Positions 1 to 12,600 of a stretch of 64,000 nt of DNA are shown here, piece by piece. The translations under genes and the position numbers were made by a program. The notes beneath the pieces were generated by a model that saw only the letters and a program-made list of their open reading frames with translations, ran no database searches and was not told the DNA's origin. Numbering within the stretch: the first letter of the stretch is position 1; each line of letters starts with the position of its first letter. Where the stretch lies: positions 256,001-320,000 of the forward strand of contig CM000436.1 in NCBI GenBank assembly GCA_000165345.1, in the 5' to 3' direction.

Positions 1-482
1 AAAATCAAACCTCTTCCATCCAACTCAGTAATTACTATAATGACAATAATAATTTATTGAATGGTTTTTCTTTAAAGAATTTCACCATAAAAATTTGATT
101 ATTTTCAACTCGAATTCGAGATTGTTTATTTAATTAACTTTTCTTCTTGAGCTAAACACTTCCTCTTCTCTTCATTATTCAAAAAACTGTGAATCTAAAA
201 TAAACCATTTTGTCTTAAATAATTAACTAAAGTTCTATCGTTTATAAATAATGCAAAATTTTTAAAAAATGCACACAAATTAAGTTGTCCACATGCAACA
301 TTATTATATACCGGTATCAAAAAAATAACAATAATTTGCACGTAACTGCATGACTATTGTCCACATTGAAAAAAACTTTATAAATAAAAATAATGTAATC
401 TAAAAAAAATTATAACTATAACTAAATTTAATGGGAATGAAAATATGATATTAAGTTAAATTAATTGTCTTAAATATAATAA

Positions 483-857
483 TTATCTTCCTTGCTTTTG
501 GAATACCCATTCTGTATTATCTAGAGGACATACATTTCTTGTTTTCAACCATCTAGATATACAGTGCAGGTGAAATGCATGATTACACTGTCCCCAAGTT
601 ACTGTGCATTCCTCGCTTCTTTGAGCAGATCCTGTATTGGCTTGGCATTCTATGCATAAGTCCATAATATGATTCCTACATATTGCGCAGTTATCTACTA
701 CAATATCCCATGACCAAAGTGCAACTGCATTCCATTTCTTTATTTCGAATCTTTTCTGACCAGGTTCTGTGTTTACTGAATTGTTAGCAGTATTATTTTC
801 TTCAATTTTTTGATCAATCATCTCTTCATTAACTTGCTCACAGCTTCTTGTATCCAT
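483..857 (-). CDS. RBX1: RING-box protein 1 (RBX1/ROC1), E3 cullin-RING ligase subunit, 124 aa
   Basis: Full-length match to the RBX1 RING-H2 core ([33 protein letters not shown]...[30 protein letters not shown]). ATG start confirmed on the reverse complement at 857. Confidence 0.9.
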   Translation of the reverse strand: MDTRSCEQVNEEMIDQKIEENNTANNSVNTEPGQKRFEIKKWNAVALWSWDIVVDNCAICRNHIMDLCIECQANTGSAQRSEECTVTWGQCNHAFHLHCISRWLKTRNVCPLDNTEWVFQKQGR

Positions 858-1494
858 TATACGTATTAATATAATTAAATATAGATATATTTTTTACTAA
901 ATTACCACTCTTATTGTTTTGAAAATGCTCTATTATTAGCTTAAATAACGAGTTGCGCTTTTTGTTTACAAAGATATAGAGAATATAGTACCAACTTACT
1001 TCCTTAAATTTGCATTATAGCTCCTGCTCTTTTTAGAAACGTGCTCTTCTTCTTTTCCTCCCAATAAATTTTCTAAATTATTTTAAGCTTATTTTATTTT
1101 TCTCTCTTCACAATAAACATTTTCCCACATTTTAATTATTAATATTGCAAAGTTACCGCCACAATTAAGGCGGGCCAGTCTGACCGCCTAGAAAGAATGT
1201 CATCGAAGACAATATATAGTTTATATTTTCGTACAAGTTAATTAATTAAACTTAGAAAATCGGTGAATAAATCATTTTTTCACTAACTAGGTTTTATTCT
1301 CCCTGAAGGATTATAAATTTATTCAGTCTGGTTAAAAAATTATTCAATTTTAGTCTTATTGAGCTTTGCAAACTCTGCTCTTTATTCTCTCTTGTTTCCT
1401 TTGGGTTTCAGGAGATAATGTAAAAGACTTAAACTTAAGTAGTTTCGGATAATCTATAAATTGTTCGGGTTTAAAAGCAAGCTATCAAGTAAAT

Positions 1495-2019
1495 ATGGCG
1501 AAGGGTTTGAGAAGTAAGGTAAAGAGAAGGTTTCGTACAGCCAAAAGGCTACTGATTAAGAATACTTTAGAATTAAGTAGAAATACCGAAAAGTCTAATG
1601 CTCTAAGAGAAATTGGAGAAGGTACCTATGTACAAAAAGAAATCCCATTGAATGCCTTCTTGTATCCAGAAAGTAAAAATGCTATTTTTCCACAAAAAAA
1701 CAGAAATGCATCTATTGACTTCAGATCAGAATCTATAAGTAGTATTGCAGGATATATGGGCCCAGGGAATAGACGTAAATACTATCCAGGTGAGGAGATA
1801 CCAATTCTAAGTATTATGGGAGACGGAAATATGACAAATAGTAGAGATGTTGAAATTATAAACACAACTAATATGAATATGAATATTGATAGTACAAATC
1901 AGGTTAAAGATGTAGTTGAGTTCGAAACCGAAAAGAGGCAGGTATCTATTCCTGTGATCAAGGATTCAATTAAAGGAGCATATGAGGCAAGCTTTAAGAA
2001 GAAAAGCAAAAAGAAATGA
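1495..2019 (+). CDS. hypothetical small basic protein (Lys/Arg-rich N- and C-termini), 174 aa
   Basis: Clean ATG ORF (MAKGLRSKVKRRFRTAKR...KKKSKKK). No domain recognised by eye. Sits downstream of a GGCGGG/CCGCC box at about 1161-1195. Confidence 0.5.
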   Translation: MAKGLRSKVKRRFRTAKRLLIKNTLELSRNTEKSNALREIGEGTYVQKEIPLNAFLYPESKNAIFPQKNRNASIDFRSESISSIAGYMGPGNRRKYYPGEEIPILSIMGDGNMTNSRDVEIINTTNMNMNIDSTNQVKDVVEFETEKRQVSIPVIKDSIKGAYEASFKKKSKKK

Positions 2020-2078
2020 GTAAAAGATCTTGTAAAAATTAATATATTTACTTTATTTCAAAGTTAGTAAGCTTTAAT

Positions 2079-3680
2079 TTAAAATAGCCTATAGATATAT
2101 GAATTAGACTGAGTAACATATCTTACCCATCTATAGTTATTTTGCTGTCCATATTTCTCTGAAATCTTTAGATACTTAACTTGTATGTTAGAAAGGTTAA
2201 ACATTGGGATTTCGAAGTTGAGGAAGAGAGGACCAATTTTTTTTCTTATAGAATTTAAATCGGTTTCAAAAGAAAGGCAGATCTTTGATTTTAAAATAAT
2301 CTCTGTGCCACCATGAATCTTCTTGATTTTCCAGATAATCCTCTGGTTCTTATCATCATATTGAGAAGTTTGTTGAACTGGAATAAGAGGATGGATAGTT
2401 TCTAAGGAAACTGTATTGGTTTTTTCTGGTAGTGGACATAGCATAGTTAGATTTGTAGCAAAAGATGATTCAGGAATATCAACCTTAAGTTTAATAACAA
2501 AGTCAAATTTGGATGAATTCTTTTTTGAATTACCCGAAGCCTCAATCAAAGTTGTGAATTTAAAAGGTATATTAAGGGTGCCTTTTGAGATTCTATAATT
2601 CATTACAATAATTTCACCTTCTGGAGGCTTTAATGTAAGTACTTTATCATTTAAAAACTCATTCACATTAACGCTTTCATGGAAATTACAATCATCAATT
2701 ATAGTACTTGGGGCATAGTTGAAAAGATTATTAGATTCTGAAGGGCTGAGTTCGTCATCCTCTTTTAAAACGATACTATTAGAAAACCCTAAAGTAAGTT
2801 CAGGTTGACCTATTAAATAACTTTTCATAAGTATTCCTCCTTCAATATTAAAGCGAGAAATTTCACCCAAATGATTTAAAACCAAGCTAATTCTCTCAAA
2901 TATATCCACAAAAACCTCATTATTTCTGTCAACACATGGACCTGTATTTCCAAGAAAAGTCATTACCTTATTTTCTGCTGAATTATTGGAAACTGTAGTC
3001 ATTGGATTTATTGGTCTCTGAGAAGCATTACTAGAAATAGTTTTTGGACCACTAAAGTTGTTTGTATTATTTGAAATATTACCATGATTTTGTGTAGGTT
3101 TGCCACTAGAAGAAGGAAAGATTCCAATTGGAAGCATGGATAAACCTCCTGATACAGTACTAGTTAATCCAAGTATTTGATTTGTACCAAAAACTTCATT
3201 TCTTCTATTAAAGTTCTCAGAGCTTAGGACTTTTGTTTCGTTATATACACAATATTTAAGTTGATTTGTACTAACTATTTGAGGGTATCCATAGTCAATT
3301 ATTTCGTCAATTAATTCATAAACAAGGATAAAATTTCGTCTTATTGAATCCTCGTTAACTGTCCCACAGAAATCTCTAACTAACTTGATTATTCTGTACA
3401 AAAGTTCAATAATGTATGTTGGACTTACATCATAATAGCTAGTTAATACAAAGAAAAGACTGCTTTGGCGTAGATATATATATATCTGTTCTTCAAAGTA
3501 GATTACTGTTGGTTCATCACTGTTTCCCTGCTTGATTTTTTTGTAGAACACATCTTGAATTTTGATAAGACTCTCACTTAAGCTTTTCTCTCCACGGAAA
3601 TCCCTAAATATGATTGTATCTCCCCTCACATTTAAGATTAAAAACTGGCTGATCATTCCTTCCTTCTCTATTTTCTTCAC
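2079..3680 (-). CDS. AP4M: adaptor protein complex AP-4 mu subunit
   Basis: N-terminus MISQFLILNVRGDTIIFRDFRGE...YDVSPTYIIELLYRIIKLVRDFCGTVNEDSIRRNFILVYELIDEIIDYGYPQ matches the AP-4 mu longin domain. C-terminus ...RWVRYVTQSNSYIYRLF matches the mu-homology domain end. The likely true start is the internal Met at 3656 (MISQF...); the ORF's first Met at 3680 adds MKKIEKEG. Confidence 0.85.
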   Translation of the reverse strand: MKKIEKEGMISQFLILNVRGDTIIFRDFRGEKSLSESLIKIQDVFYKKIKQGNSDEPTVIYFEEQIYIYLRQSSLFFVLTSYYDVSPTYIIELLYRIIKLVRDFCGTVNEDSIRRNFILVYELIDEIIDYGYPQIVSTNQLKYCVYNETKVLSSENFNRRNEVFGTNQILGLTSTVSGGLSMLPIGIFPSSSGKPTQNHGNISNNTNNFSGPKTISSNASQRPINPMTTVSNNSAENKVMTFLGNTGPCVDRNNEVFVDIFERISLVLNHLGEISRFNIEGGILMKSYLIGQPELTLGFSNSIVLKEDDELSPSESNNLFNYAPSTIIDDCNFHESVNVNEFLNDKVLTLKPPEGEIIVMNYRISKGTLNIPFKFTTLIEASGNSKKNSSKFDFVIKLKVDIPESSFATNLTMLCPLPEKTNTVSLETIHPLIPVQQTSQYDDKNQRIIWKIKKIHGGTEIILKSKICLSFETDLNSIRKKIGPLFLNFEIPMFNLSNIQVKYLKISEKYGQQNNYRWVRYVTQSNSYIYRLF

Positions 3681-3826
3681 TCTAAATGTGTCGTAAAAAC
3701 ACCAGAATAGCTTTATTACATTCCATTACAATACCTTTTTTTTCTGTTGAGTGAACCCCACTTTAGTCTTAAATTCTCTCTTCTTTAAAAAAAACACATA
3801 CAAAATAACATATGTTGTATGATAAA

Positions 3827-3856
3827 TTGTGGCGCTTTGGCGCCACAATTTGGCGG
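3827..3856. promoter_or_regulatory. E2F-like inverted repeat TTGTGGCGC-TTTG-GCGCCACAA plus adjacent TTTGGCGG, in the divergent spacer between AP-4 mu (-) and the membrane-protein gene (+)
   Basis: A 9-bp perfect inverted repeat read directly. The GGCGCC core is the Cryptosporidium E2F/DP-type upstream motif family. Confidence 0.65.
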
Positions 3857-4010
3857 TAAAACACGGTACTCGAATTAATTAATGCATTAATTGCAAGGAC
3901 AAAATTTCGATAATAAATAAAATGAAAAGATTGAATAGAAGAGAGATAACTTTTAAGAAAGATTTAAGTTGAATGGATTTCTTAATGAATATTCTCTGTA
4001 AGAAATAGTG

Positions 4011-6050
4011 ATGAATAAATTTAACAGACAAATTCATTTAACTGTTAAAAGTATTTTACATGTACTATTCGTTTTACAAGTGGGAATTACGTGTGTAAAA
4101 TGCATTGTGGAAAAAATTGATTCAAGAACTCCCAGTGGAACAAATGCCTATATTTGGCTAATTAAATCACCAAATATTTTATCTCAGAGTATTAATGAGC
4201 CAACAAGATATTCATATGGATTAATGAAAGGATCAATAATAAGTTTAGATCTAGAATTCGATTTTTGGGAGTATACAGAGGATAAAAATTTAGTAGATTC
4301 CAAAAATGAAACTGAAAAAAAATCATTAAAAAATAATAATAAAGAGCTAATTAGCAAAAGAAATAAAATATATAAAATAAATAAAAGTCAGTTATTAACA
4401 TCAGGAGTTCCTCTAATAAGATTTGAAGATCTTCCAATGAGTTGTGTGTTTTCTCTAAAGTCAGAGGAAGTTAATAGGCTTGTTGGAGATTTAAATATTG
4501 CAAATTCGAATGATGTTTTTATTGGTATTAAGTGGAGAAATCATAGACTAATATTAGTTTTTAAAAGATTAATTAGGCAATTAATATTGTATTGGAAAAG
4601 TATAATAAATTATTTCATGCCAAAAAGTATTTCAAAATCAATAGAAAAAAAGTGCCAGGATTATTTTTCAACAATTTTAAGAAATATCACAAATTCGACA
4701 GAATTAATAAATAGTAATATGATTTCATTAGATTCAGAAAAAAAGAGTTCAAAGAATCATTTGAATAGAGAAACATCTTATCAGGTAACTTCCATTAATA
4801 ATTTTGGTACTAATAAAGTGTTAATAAATGAAAGTAATCAAGCAAGTAAAGAGTTGAAAAATATATTTCTTTTATTATTAAATAGTGAACAACTAGCATC
4901 ATTAAACCATTCTCCAATCCAAGATTTGGCTCTCCTTTCATTTTCGGCAATTTATCCAAGATTTAACATAAGTTCTTATATTAGAAGCGTATTGAGGATT
5001 CCAATTAAAGATCGTACATTAAGACTTGAATATAAAGTTTCAAAAATGGATAGATATACATTATTAATAGTAAATGGAGATCGAATTCCACTTCATATTA
5101 AGGGAAAAGTAGTCGTAAAGAATCCATTTCCATTCAATCATCTCTCATTTGAAAGGAGAATGGATAATTTTGTGGTTGATTTCATGTTGACTTTATATAT
5201 ATCTACTATTTTAGGATATTTAATTTATTCAATATATAGTAACCAAGCTCTAGTACAGACTTATGGAAGTGTGATATATATTAAATTTAATAGTCTTCAA
5301 ATAATTGGTTTAATATTATTACTGATTAAACCAATTTGTTTATATTATGATAAATTAAATATAATTGCATTTACACAATATGGAAATGTAAAATTTTCAT
5401 CTTGGTTTATTCCAAGAATATTAATGAGAAGTTACGAGACTTTATTTATAATGTATATGTTATTAATATCACTTGGCTGGAGGGTGTTAAGAGATAGCTT
5501 ACTCTCTATGGAAGCAAAATTATTAATAGGATTCTTTACACTACTTTTTTATTTGGGAGTTTTTGAAGTAATTTTAGGAATTTTCCAAATTTCAAGGTAT
5601 ATATTCCAAGCTATTGCTTCGTTATGTATAATTATAGCAACAAATATTAATACAACTCTTCTTCAAAACACAATTTCTGATCAGTCAATTTCATCAAGGC
5701 TTGGAATTCTTTACAATATATTGGAAGCTTATTCAAATTTTAAATGGGTATTCGCTATTTTTATTCTTAAACCTTCAATTTTATTTCTATGTAGAGTTTT
5801 CACACTCCAGCCAAATGGATTTGATGATTGGATTTATACTTTTTTTGATTATATGATAGACTACAGTATTTTATTATTTATAATGTTTTTGTTCAGGCCA
5901 TTTAAATCTTTAAAACTTTTTAGTAATGTTCTAGCAAAACATAACAATGAATCGAATAACGGTAATAATCGTAATAATAGCTTTAATATAAATAGTAATA
6001 ACTTCAATAATAGCAATTTGGATGTATCAATGTGGCCAGTTATAATGTAA
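4011..6050 (+). CDS. multi-pass membrane protein with signal peptide and C-terminal 7-TM-like block (possibly GPR107/TMEM87 Lung_7-TM_R-like)
   Basis: ATG at 4011 (the ORF track starts at a GTG at 4008). Hydrophobic N-terminal signal, ~380-aa luminal part, then about seven hydrophobic segments (FVVDFMLTLYISTILGYLIY...LLFIMFLFRP) and an N-rich tail. The family assignment is tentative. Confidence 0.6.
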   Translation: MNKFNRQIHLTVKSILHVLFVLQVGITCVKCIVEKIDSRTPSGTNAYIWLIKSPNILSQSINEPTRYSYGLMKGSIISLDLEFDFWEYTEDKNLVDSKNETEKKSLKNNNKELISKRNKIYKINKSQLLTSGVPLIRFEDLPMSCVFSLKSEEVNRLVGDLNIANSNDVFIGIKWRNHRLILVFKRLIRQLILYWKSIINYFMPKSISKSIEKKCQDYFSTILRNITNSTELINSNMISLDSEKKSSKNHLNRETSYQVTSINNFGTNKVLINESNQASKELKNIFLLLLNSEQLASLNHSPIQDLALLSFSAIYPRFNISSYIRSVLRIPIKDRTLRLEYKVSKMDRYTLLIVNGDRIPLHIKGKVVVKNPFPFNHLSFERRMDNFVVDFMLTLYISTILGYLIYSIYSNQALVQTYGSVIYIKFNSLQIIGLILLLIKPICLYYDKLNIIAFTQYGNVKFSSWFIPRILMRSYETLFIMYMLLISLGWRVLRDSLLSMEAKLLIGFFTLLFYLGVFEVILGIFQISRYIFQAIASLCIIIATNINTTLLQNTISDQSISSRLGILYNILEAYSNFKWVFAIFILKPSILFLCRVFTLQPNGFDDWIYTFFDYMIDYSILLFIMFLFRPFKSLKLFSNVLAKHNNESNNGNNRNNSFNINSNNFNNSNLDVSMWPVIM

Positions 6051-6690
6051 ACTAATTAATAATTTTAATTATTAACTTTGTAACAATATTAATTGTTTAA
6101 GGAATTTTATTTATTTATTTACATATAAATATTTTATTTATTAATTTTTTTTCCACATTAATTAATTACATGAAAATTACGTGTTTAAATGCAAATTTGC
6201 AAATTATTTTTGTTTAATTGCAATACCGTTGCATGCATCCATGTGGATTGAATAGCCGGTATATAATTTTTAGATCAAGAAATACTTTGTAAAGAAGGAA
6301 AAAATGACATAGAGTAGAATCACTTTAAGTATTGAAATGCGTATAGGGTATGGATTTGTTTTGTTTTTTTCTTCAAGTAAAAAAAAAAAAATGGGTTTTT
6401 TAATCCTTAAAAAATTTAATTTTCAACTATAGAAAAATATTAATTATAATTAGAGAAAATCCCCCAACCGCAAATTACAAAAAAAAAAATGTATTGGCGC
6501 CAAAAGCACACAAATACTAATTAGCAACTTTTTGTATAATTTAGACCAAATAAATAATTTGAGGATTGTGCTTAGTTGTTAGATGCCATAATTAGTATAA
6601 CTTTGAGAGCACAGTATACTTCTATGATCTAGCTCTAGCATCAAAAGGTTTCCTTTAAGAGATTTTAGATTGATATGCATTCAGTTCGAG

Positions 6691-9600
6691 ATGTCTTTAA
6701 GAGAACTGGTAGTGGGATCGACTCAGATGCTTGTGGAGAGTGTATTAAGGAGGATAAATGAAAATTTGCTGAATTACTTTATCAATTTGCCAGAAAGTAT
6801 TTGGTTGAGTGGGTTTTTAGACCAAGTAAATTTGAAAGATGTAATGTTAAATACAAGAGCGTTTTCCAATGAATGGTATTCTTTAGATATACCTTTCAGA
6901 CTTAAATATGGACATATAAGAAGAGCAAGTATCCAAGTTTTGTTAGCTCACTCAAAATTGGTGATGGAAGTTGAAGGGGTTGTATTAATTGTAGGCCCAA
7001 ATTTGGCTTATAAATCATACGAGGATGTGATAAGGAATTCAATGGACAATGTATTTGGGTTGGTTGAACTATTTAAGCATATCCAAACAATTAGATACAA
7101 CAATGATAGTTTTGAGGAAGGTTTAGGATCCCAAAAAGGGGAAGTTTCTGAGAATCTACTCAATATTAACTCGTCAAGTAAAGAAGGATTAAACGCACTT
7201 CTTAGATGGCTTTTTAGGTATGTTCCTGATTTGTCCCTTAGTATTAGAAATCTTTACATTCGCTATGAAGATGATGTGTTGGATACTTCTCATCCAATGT
7301 CAGCAGGAATTCATATTAATTCTGTGACTATTAATCCCGCTAGAAACTGTTGGGAATTTCAATGGCCAACTGAAGAGAAAGAACAAGTTGGATTTACTTC
7401 AAAGGGTAGCTCAGACTCTGAGACTGATCCAACCAATTTAGGTAAAACACAGCATCCTCTTTCAATTAATAATTCTAGTGCAGATCCAAGGGGTATTTTC
7501 AGTATTAAAGTTAAAGGTTTAAGCGCCTTTTGGGATGATGAATCTGCTCCATTTATTCCTATTTCATTGCTAGAGCAAACTGAAGCTTCAAATGATAAAT
7601 TTGGAGTATTTTCAGCAGTAACTATTGATGATATCCAGAATCTAGTCAACTCTAATCTACATTATCACACAAGGATTATTTCAAATCTTAATATTTCTGC
7701 TCAGTTTGGGTTTGTAAATCCTTTCATCCACAAGCTTTCTAACGAAAAAAGTCGTCAAAGCAATGATATCAGTGCTAATGGTAGTGATAATAGTAGTAGC
7801 AATAGTATGATTAATGGTAGTAACTTTGGACAAGGCTCTTCCTCTGAACCAATATCTTCTCAAGAATCCTCGTCTTCATCGTCATCTTCTACTTCCAAAA
7901 ATTCAACTGAAAATAATGGTTATATAGCAAAAGATTATTTGAACGATTACTATACTGGTTCTAATATTGCTACATTACTGAATATTAATATACAGAGTGG
8001 ATTTGAAATTAATGTTTATCCACAAATGATTCACGGACTTGTTAGATTCGTAACTCTCTATAATCAGTTTCAATTTTGGACACAAGTAAGGAGGTTTAGA
8101 CCAATTGAAAGGCCAGGAAGTGGTAAAACTCCTGCTGAAGTCAGAGCAATTTGTAGAGATTGGTGGATCTTTAGTCTTAAATATTACAGAAATATCAAAT
8201 ACAAAGACAACAAACAAAATAGTCTTAGAGATGAAATTAACTACAGGGTTGAAAGAAAAAAATATATCAAGATTATCAAAAAATGGAAATGGATCGAATT
8301 TATGATTACTGGCCAAAAACCTATTTTGAACTCTGGGACCATTATACACAGGACTGGTACTAATGAGTATAATGCATGCAAATTTGGCGGGATGAGTGGG
8401 CCCGCCGAATTTGGCAAGATGAATGAATATGCTAAAAGTATTGGAACTTCTATTTCATTTCTGGATTCGAATTTGAATGGTAATCCAAGTTTGTCATCAA
8501 TTCTCGGTCTAAGTTCTCTTATTATTAATCATTTGGGTGTATCTTTTAATTTAAGTAGATATTGGCAATACGATGTTGAAGTCTTACAAAAGGTATCAGA
8601 GAAAAGTGATGATATGAGATGTATATTAACTGTATTGCAACACCATTCTTATTGGGTGGTATCTCAATGGCATATTTTAGCAGAACGTGAGTTTGAAATT
8701 GAGTTTGCTTTATTTCAAAATAGTTCAACTATCCAAAAAAAGCAAAAAGGAGCTATGGATACATTTTCTAATGTAAACCATAATATGGATATCAAAACTA
8801 AGAATATCTTAACTTTACTAGCTTATGGCCTTCATATTCAGACTGATTCATCAGTTTGGGAGTTAATTAGTAAGTTAAGAGATAGTTATATTGATCTTAT
8901 TAGGAGAATAACGCAAGATGACTCTTTGAGTAACCGTATTAAAGAGAGTCTTCAATCTAAATCATCACTTTTGAGTGGAGGATCAGTTTTTGAATTTAAA
9001 CTAACTTCAGGAATTCCATCAACGGTACCGACACAAATATCTAATTTTATACAAGAAAATATTGAAAGACATCCTTATGTTATTTTTGGAACAGGAATCT
9101 TTAAGAAAAGTTTAATTGAAACTGATATTTTATCTGACTTCTTTGGTGTGGGGTTGAATTCTAAGTTACTAATGAAGAGACGAGATTGGCATGCAATCAG
9201 GCTTAGGTTACATTTATGGGGGAGGTTTTATGATGAATATTTTGAAGCCTTTCCATTAGCTATTTCAGAGACTTTAGAGATTAATCAATTAATGAACTTG
9301 AGCTACCACTTAGACTTCCAGCAAATGAACAAATTGTTTAGTATTTCAATGCAAAGTGATTCTTTATGTTTCTCAACTTTAGTTTCTTCTCAGGCTACAT
9401 CTTCAAATCCTATGGAAGATATTGATATGTCAATGGGAGTTACAAATGTGACTATGGCAAGACCAAAGAGTCAACAAATATCGATCATTGAAAGAGATCC
9501 AGAGTTTTCATTATCTTTGTCATCTTCTTCAACTAAACTTGAGAAATCTGAGGAGAATAGGAATGAAATGGATCATATTGGAAAGGATAATCATACAGAT

Positions 9601-12600
9601 AAGTCTGAAATCTATAATTTGTCTAAATCAGGTATCTCTATGAATCAATTAAATAAAGAATACGCAAGTATGGAGTCTAATGAGATGGTAGAGGAGGAAA
9701 GTATTATAAATAGTACATCTGTTAAAAAGAAATCATTCAAGTTTGAGAAAAAGTTACCATATGTCTTTAAAGATTCATCAAATGTTCCAGAATGGCTGAG
9801 TGATTTGGCAGGACCTGGAATTAGCCTTCCTAAGATCATTTCAAATAAAATTATTGGGATTTGTATTCCTAAATTTGAGGTTAATATTTGTCATTTGGTT
9901 AGTGACAGTAAAAAATCTACAGGAAATGGTAAATCTGGACCAAATAATGGTGAATCCAATGTAGAAACTACAGGATTTAGCCCGAATAATTCAAATAGGA
10001 TTGATGGAATCAAAAGAAGTTACCACTCATTAGCAAGATATTTTAGTAGAAATGCTCAGGATACTGGTAATAATACTATGGTAACGAGTGTATTTACTCC
10101 AAGAAAGCTTTTTGGGATTGTGATTACTGGCTTAGGATTTAATATGAGTACATGCACAAGCCTTAGAGTAAGTTCTTGCTTTAAGAGGATGGAGTTGATA
10201 GTTTGGAACTATAATGACAGTAACTTGATGAGAGATTTCATTTCCAGTATCAAGTCGGATAGGTCAGTAAACAAGAAAATGATCAGAGATGATCAAATTG
10301 TCATATTTTCAATGTCTGATGAAAGACAAAATACTAGTAATGAATCATCATCATCATCAAATTATGTACAAAATAAGGGAAATACTTTGGGTAGTAGTAT
10401 TACAACTGTATCCGGATCTATTTCTGTATCAGGATCAGGATCTGGATCTGGATCTGGATCAAGTTCAAGGTTAGAAGTTTTGGGAATAGGAATGGGTCAA
10501 ATGAATAACTTTCCCGAAAACCCTTCAATTGAAGGAGGAGTTGATGGAAATAAAGTCCAAACTCCAAATAGAAGAGGTTCTTCAAGCTTAAATGAATATG
10601 ATAGTTCTCCATCTTTAACTCATTATGTAGACGAAGCACATGGAGGTACATTTTCGTCATATATTGTTGGAAATGGACGACAAGGTGGTTTGACATCTTC
10701 AAAAAGTGTGAGATTTGAAGATTCAAGAGGAATAAGTACTAGTTCAACTTCATTAGGAAAGAATTCTTCAGTCATTTCAGCTTCTTCTGAATTAACTAAT
10801 GAATCAAGTTTTGGTAGTATTAGAAATGATAATAATAATACAACATCAGTATCGGTACCTAGTACTATGAATAATAATCAAACAAATAGTATTATAAGAT
10901 ATATGAGAAGATGGAATTACTTGAGTTTGGTGATGTTACCACCAAATAATTCGACTAATAAAGAAAGTAAAGGAGAAGTGAGAGGAAATGGAGAATCCAA
11001 TTTTTTAAGCTTTGTATTTAAGTTACCTTTTTATTTAAAGATGGATATTAATTTGACGCCTGTAACTATTGTACTTAACGAACAGCTTCTTGATAATATT
11101 CGTGGTGAAATTTTGAAATTAATTCAGGTATGTCTATTGACTATTTGGAGTCAGTATAAAGGACTTGGAGCATTTCCAGTTACTGATGGATTTAGAGAAT
11201 TATTAGTACAAGAAGTTAGTACTAGTGGTAGTGGTAATGGATTAGTAGAGAGTTCTCGAGAAGAGAATAACTTTGAATTACTTCTTTGCCACCCTTTTAA
11301 CTTATCATTAAACAAATATAATGCTATTAATAAGTTAAATAAAATAGAATGGAATAAGATTAATTCATTATTAAATAAAGTACATGTAAGGATTTCAATT
11401 AGGTTACCTTCAGTGGAGTTATTTATGTTAAATGAATCAATCGAATATTTCCGTCAAATGGATGATGATTTATTTATTGAAAGAAATTCAGATGAAAGAT
11501 TTGAAAATGTATCATTTGATTTATCAACATCTTTTAAACTTTCTGTTGAATCTCAAACTATTTTGATTGGGACAATTATTGATAAATTACGTGGGAATAT
11601 CAATAGATTATACTTTAGAGGCTTTCAAATGAAATTCGATACTCAACAAAATATAACTAGTATAATAAGGTTATATTTGAGATTCAAGAATTTAATTTCG
11701 GATAGATACGGTAATATTATTGCTATTATGAACTTATTCAAGGATTACAAATTTGATAATATCTCTAGACACTCTCTAACAAGTTTTACTGACGAGATCT
11801 TGAGGCTTCAATGCGAAAAATTACCTGATACTAACAATATCTTGCTTAAAGAATTTACTTTAAGCTTGGATGAAAAGTCAGGTACTAAAGTTGAAAGAGA
11901 TGAGAAGAAGTCAGTGGAAGTGGAAAAAGTGGGAATGGAAGCGGAGAGAGAGGTGGAAGCAGAGAGAGAGGTGGAAACAGAAAGGGAAGTGGAGACAGAA
12001 AAGACAATGAAAACAGAGAAAGAAATGGATGTGGAAAAGGAAATTGATATGAAAAAGGGAATAGATGTGAGAAAGAAGGTGGAACTGGATAGAGCAGTGG
12101 AGACAGAGGAAAAGAGAATGGGAACGGAGGAAAAAGGAATTGAATCGAAGAAAAAAGAGTCTATAGATTCTTTATCCAAACTTCCAAGGCAAGAATATTC
12201 TCAACACACTGTCCTAATTCAACCTACAGAGCCTATTCCTGCTCCAGTTATAACATCGTATCCATCTCCAACAGTATCTCCTTGTATTTCTCCAACAATT
12301 TCTCCAACACCTATTCCATCTACATTTGTATCTCCAGCATTTTCTGTATATTCTGCTCCAAATCATTCTCAATATCCTCTTCCAACACATATTCATACTT
12401 CTGATGTTACTAATTCAGTTTTGTCCGAAGCCATAACTAGAGCAATCCCAGTAACAACACCACATGAACAGGTAATTACTACTGTCGATAACACACAAAC
12501 ATATTCTGTTAGAGAGGTTAGAACAGAAGACAATGAAATTCGCCGTTCTTCTCAGTATAATAGTGCTAATGTGAAGCCAATAAACTTGCATGAAAACCAA

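Noticed and set aside
2416-2598. Short antisense or overlapping ORFs inside larger genes (2416..2598, 7359..8349, 12214..12600, 15613..16783, 20061..20246, 21672..22124, 24243..24455, 29916..30179, 31326..32377, 34459..34644, 38313..38603, 41031..41306, 46229..46759, 51464..51709, 56004..56222, 58485..59797)
   Set aside because: All lie within, and mostly antisense to, genes with strong homology support. They are low-complexity and show no conservation signal. They are expected by chance where the sense strand is codon-biased.
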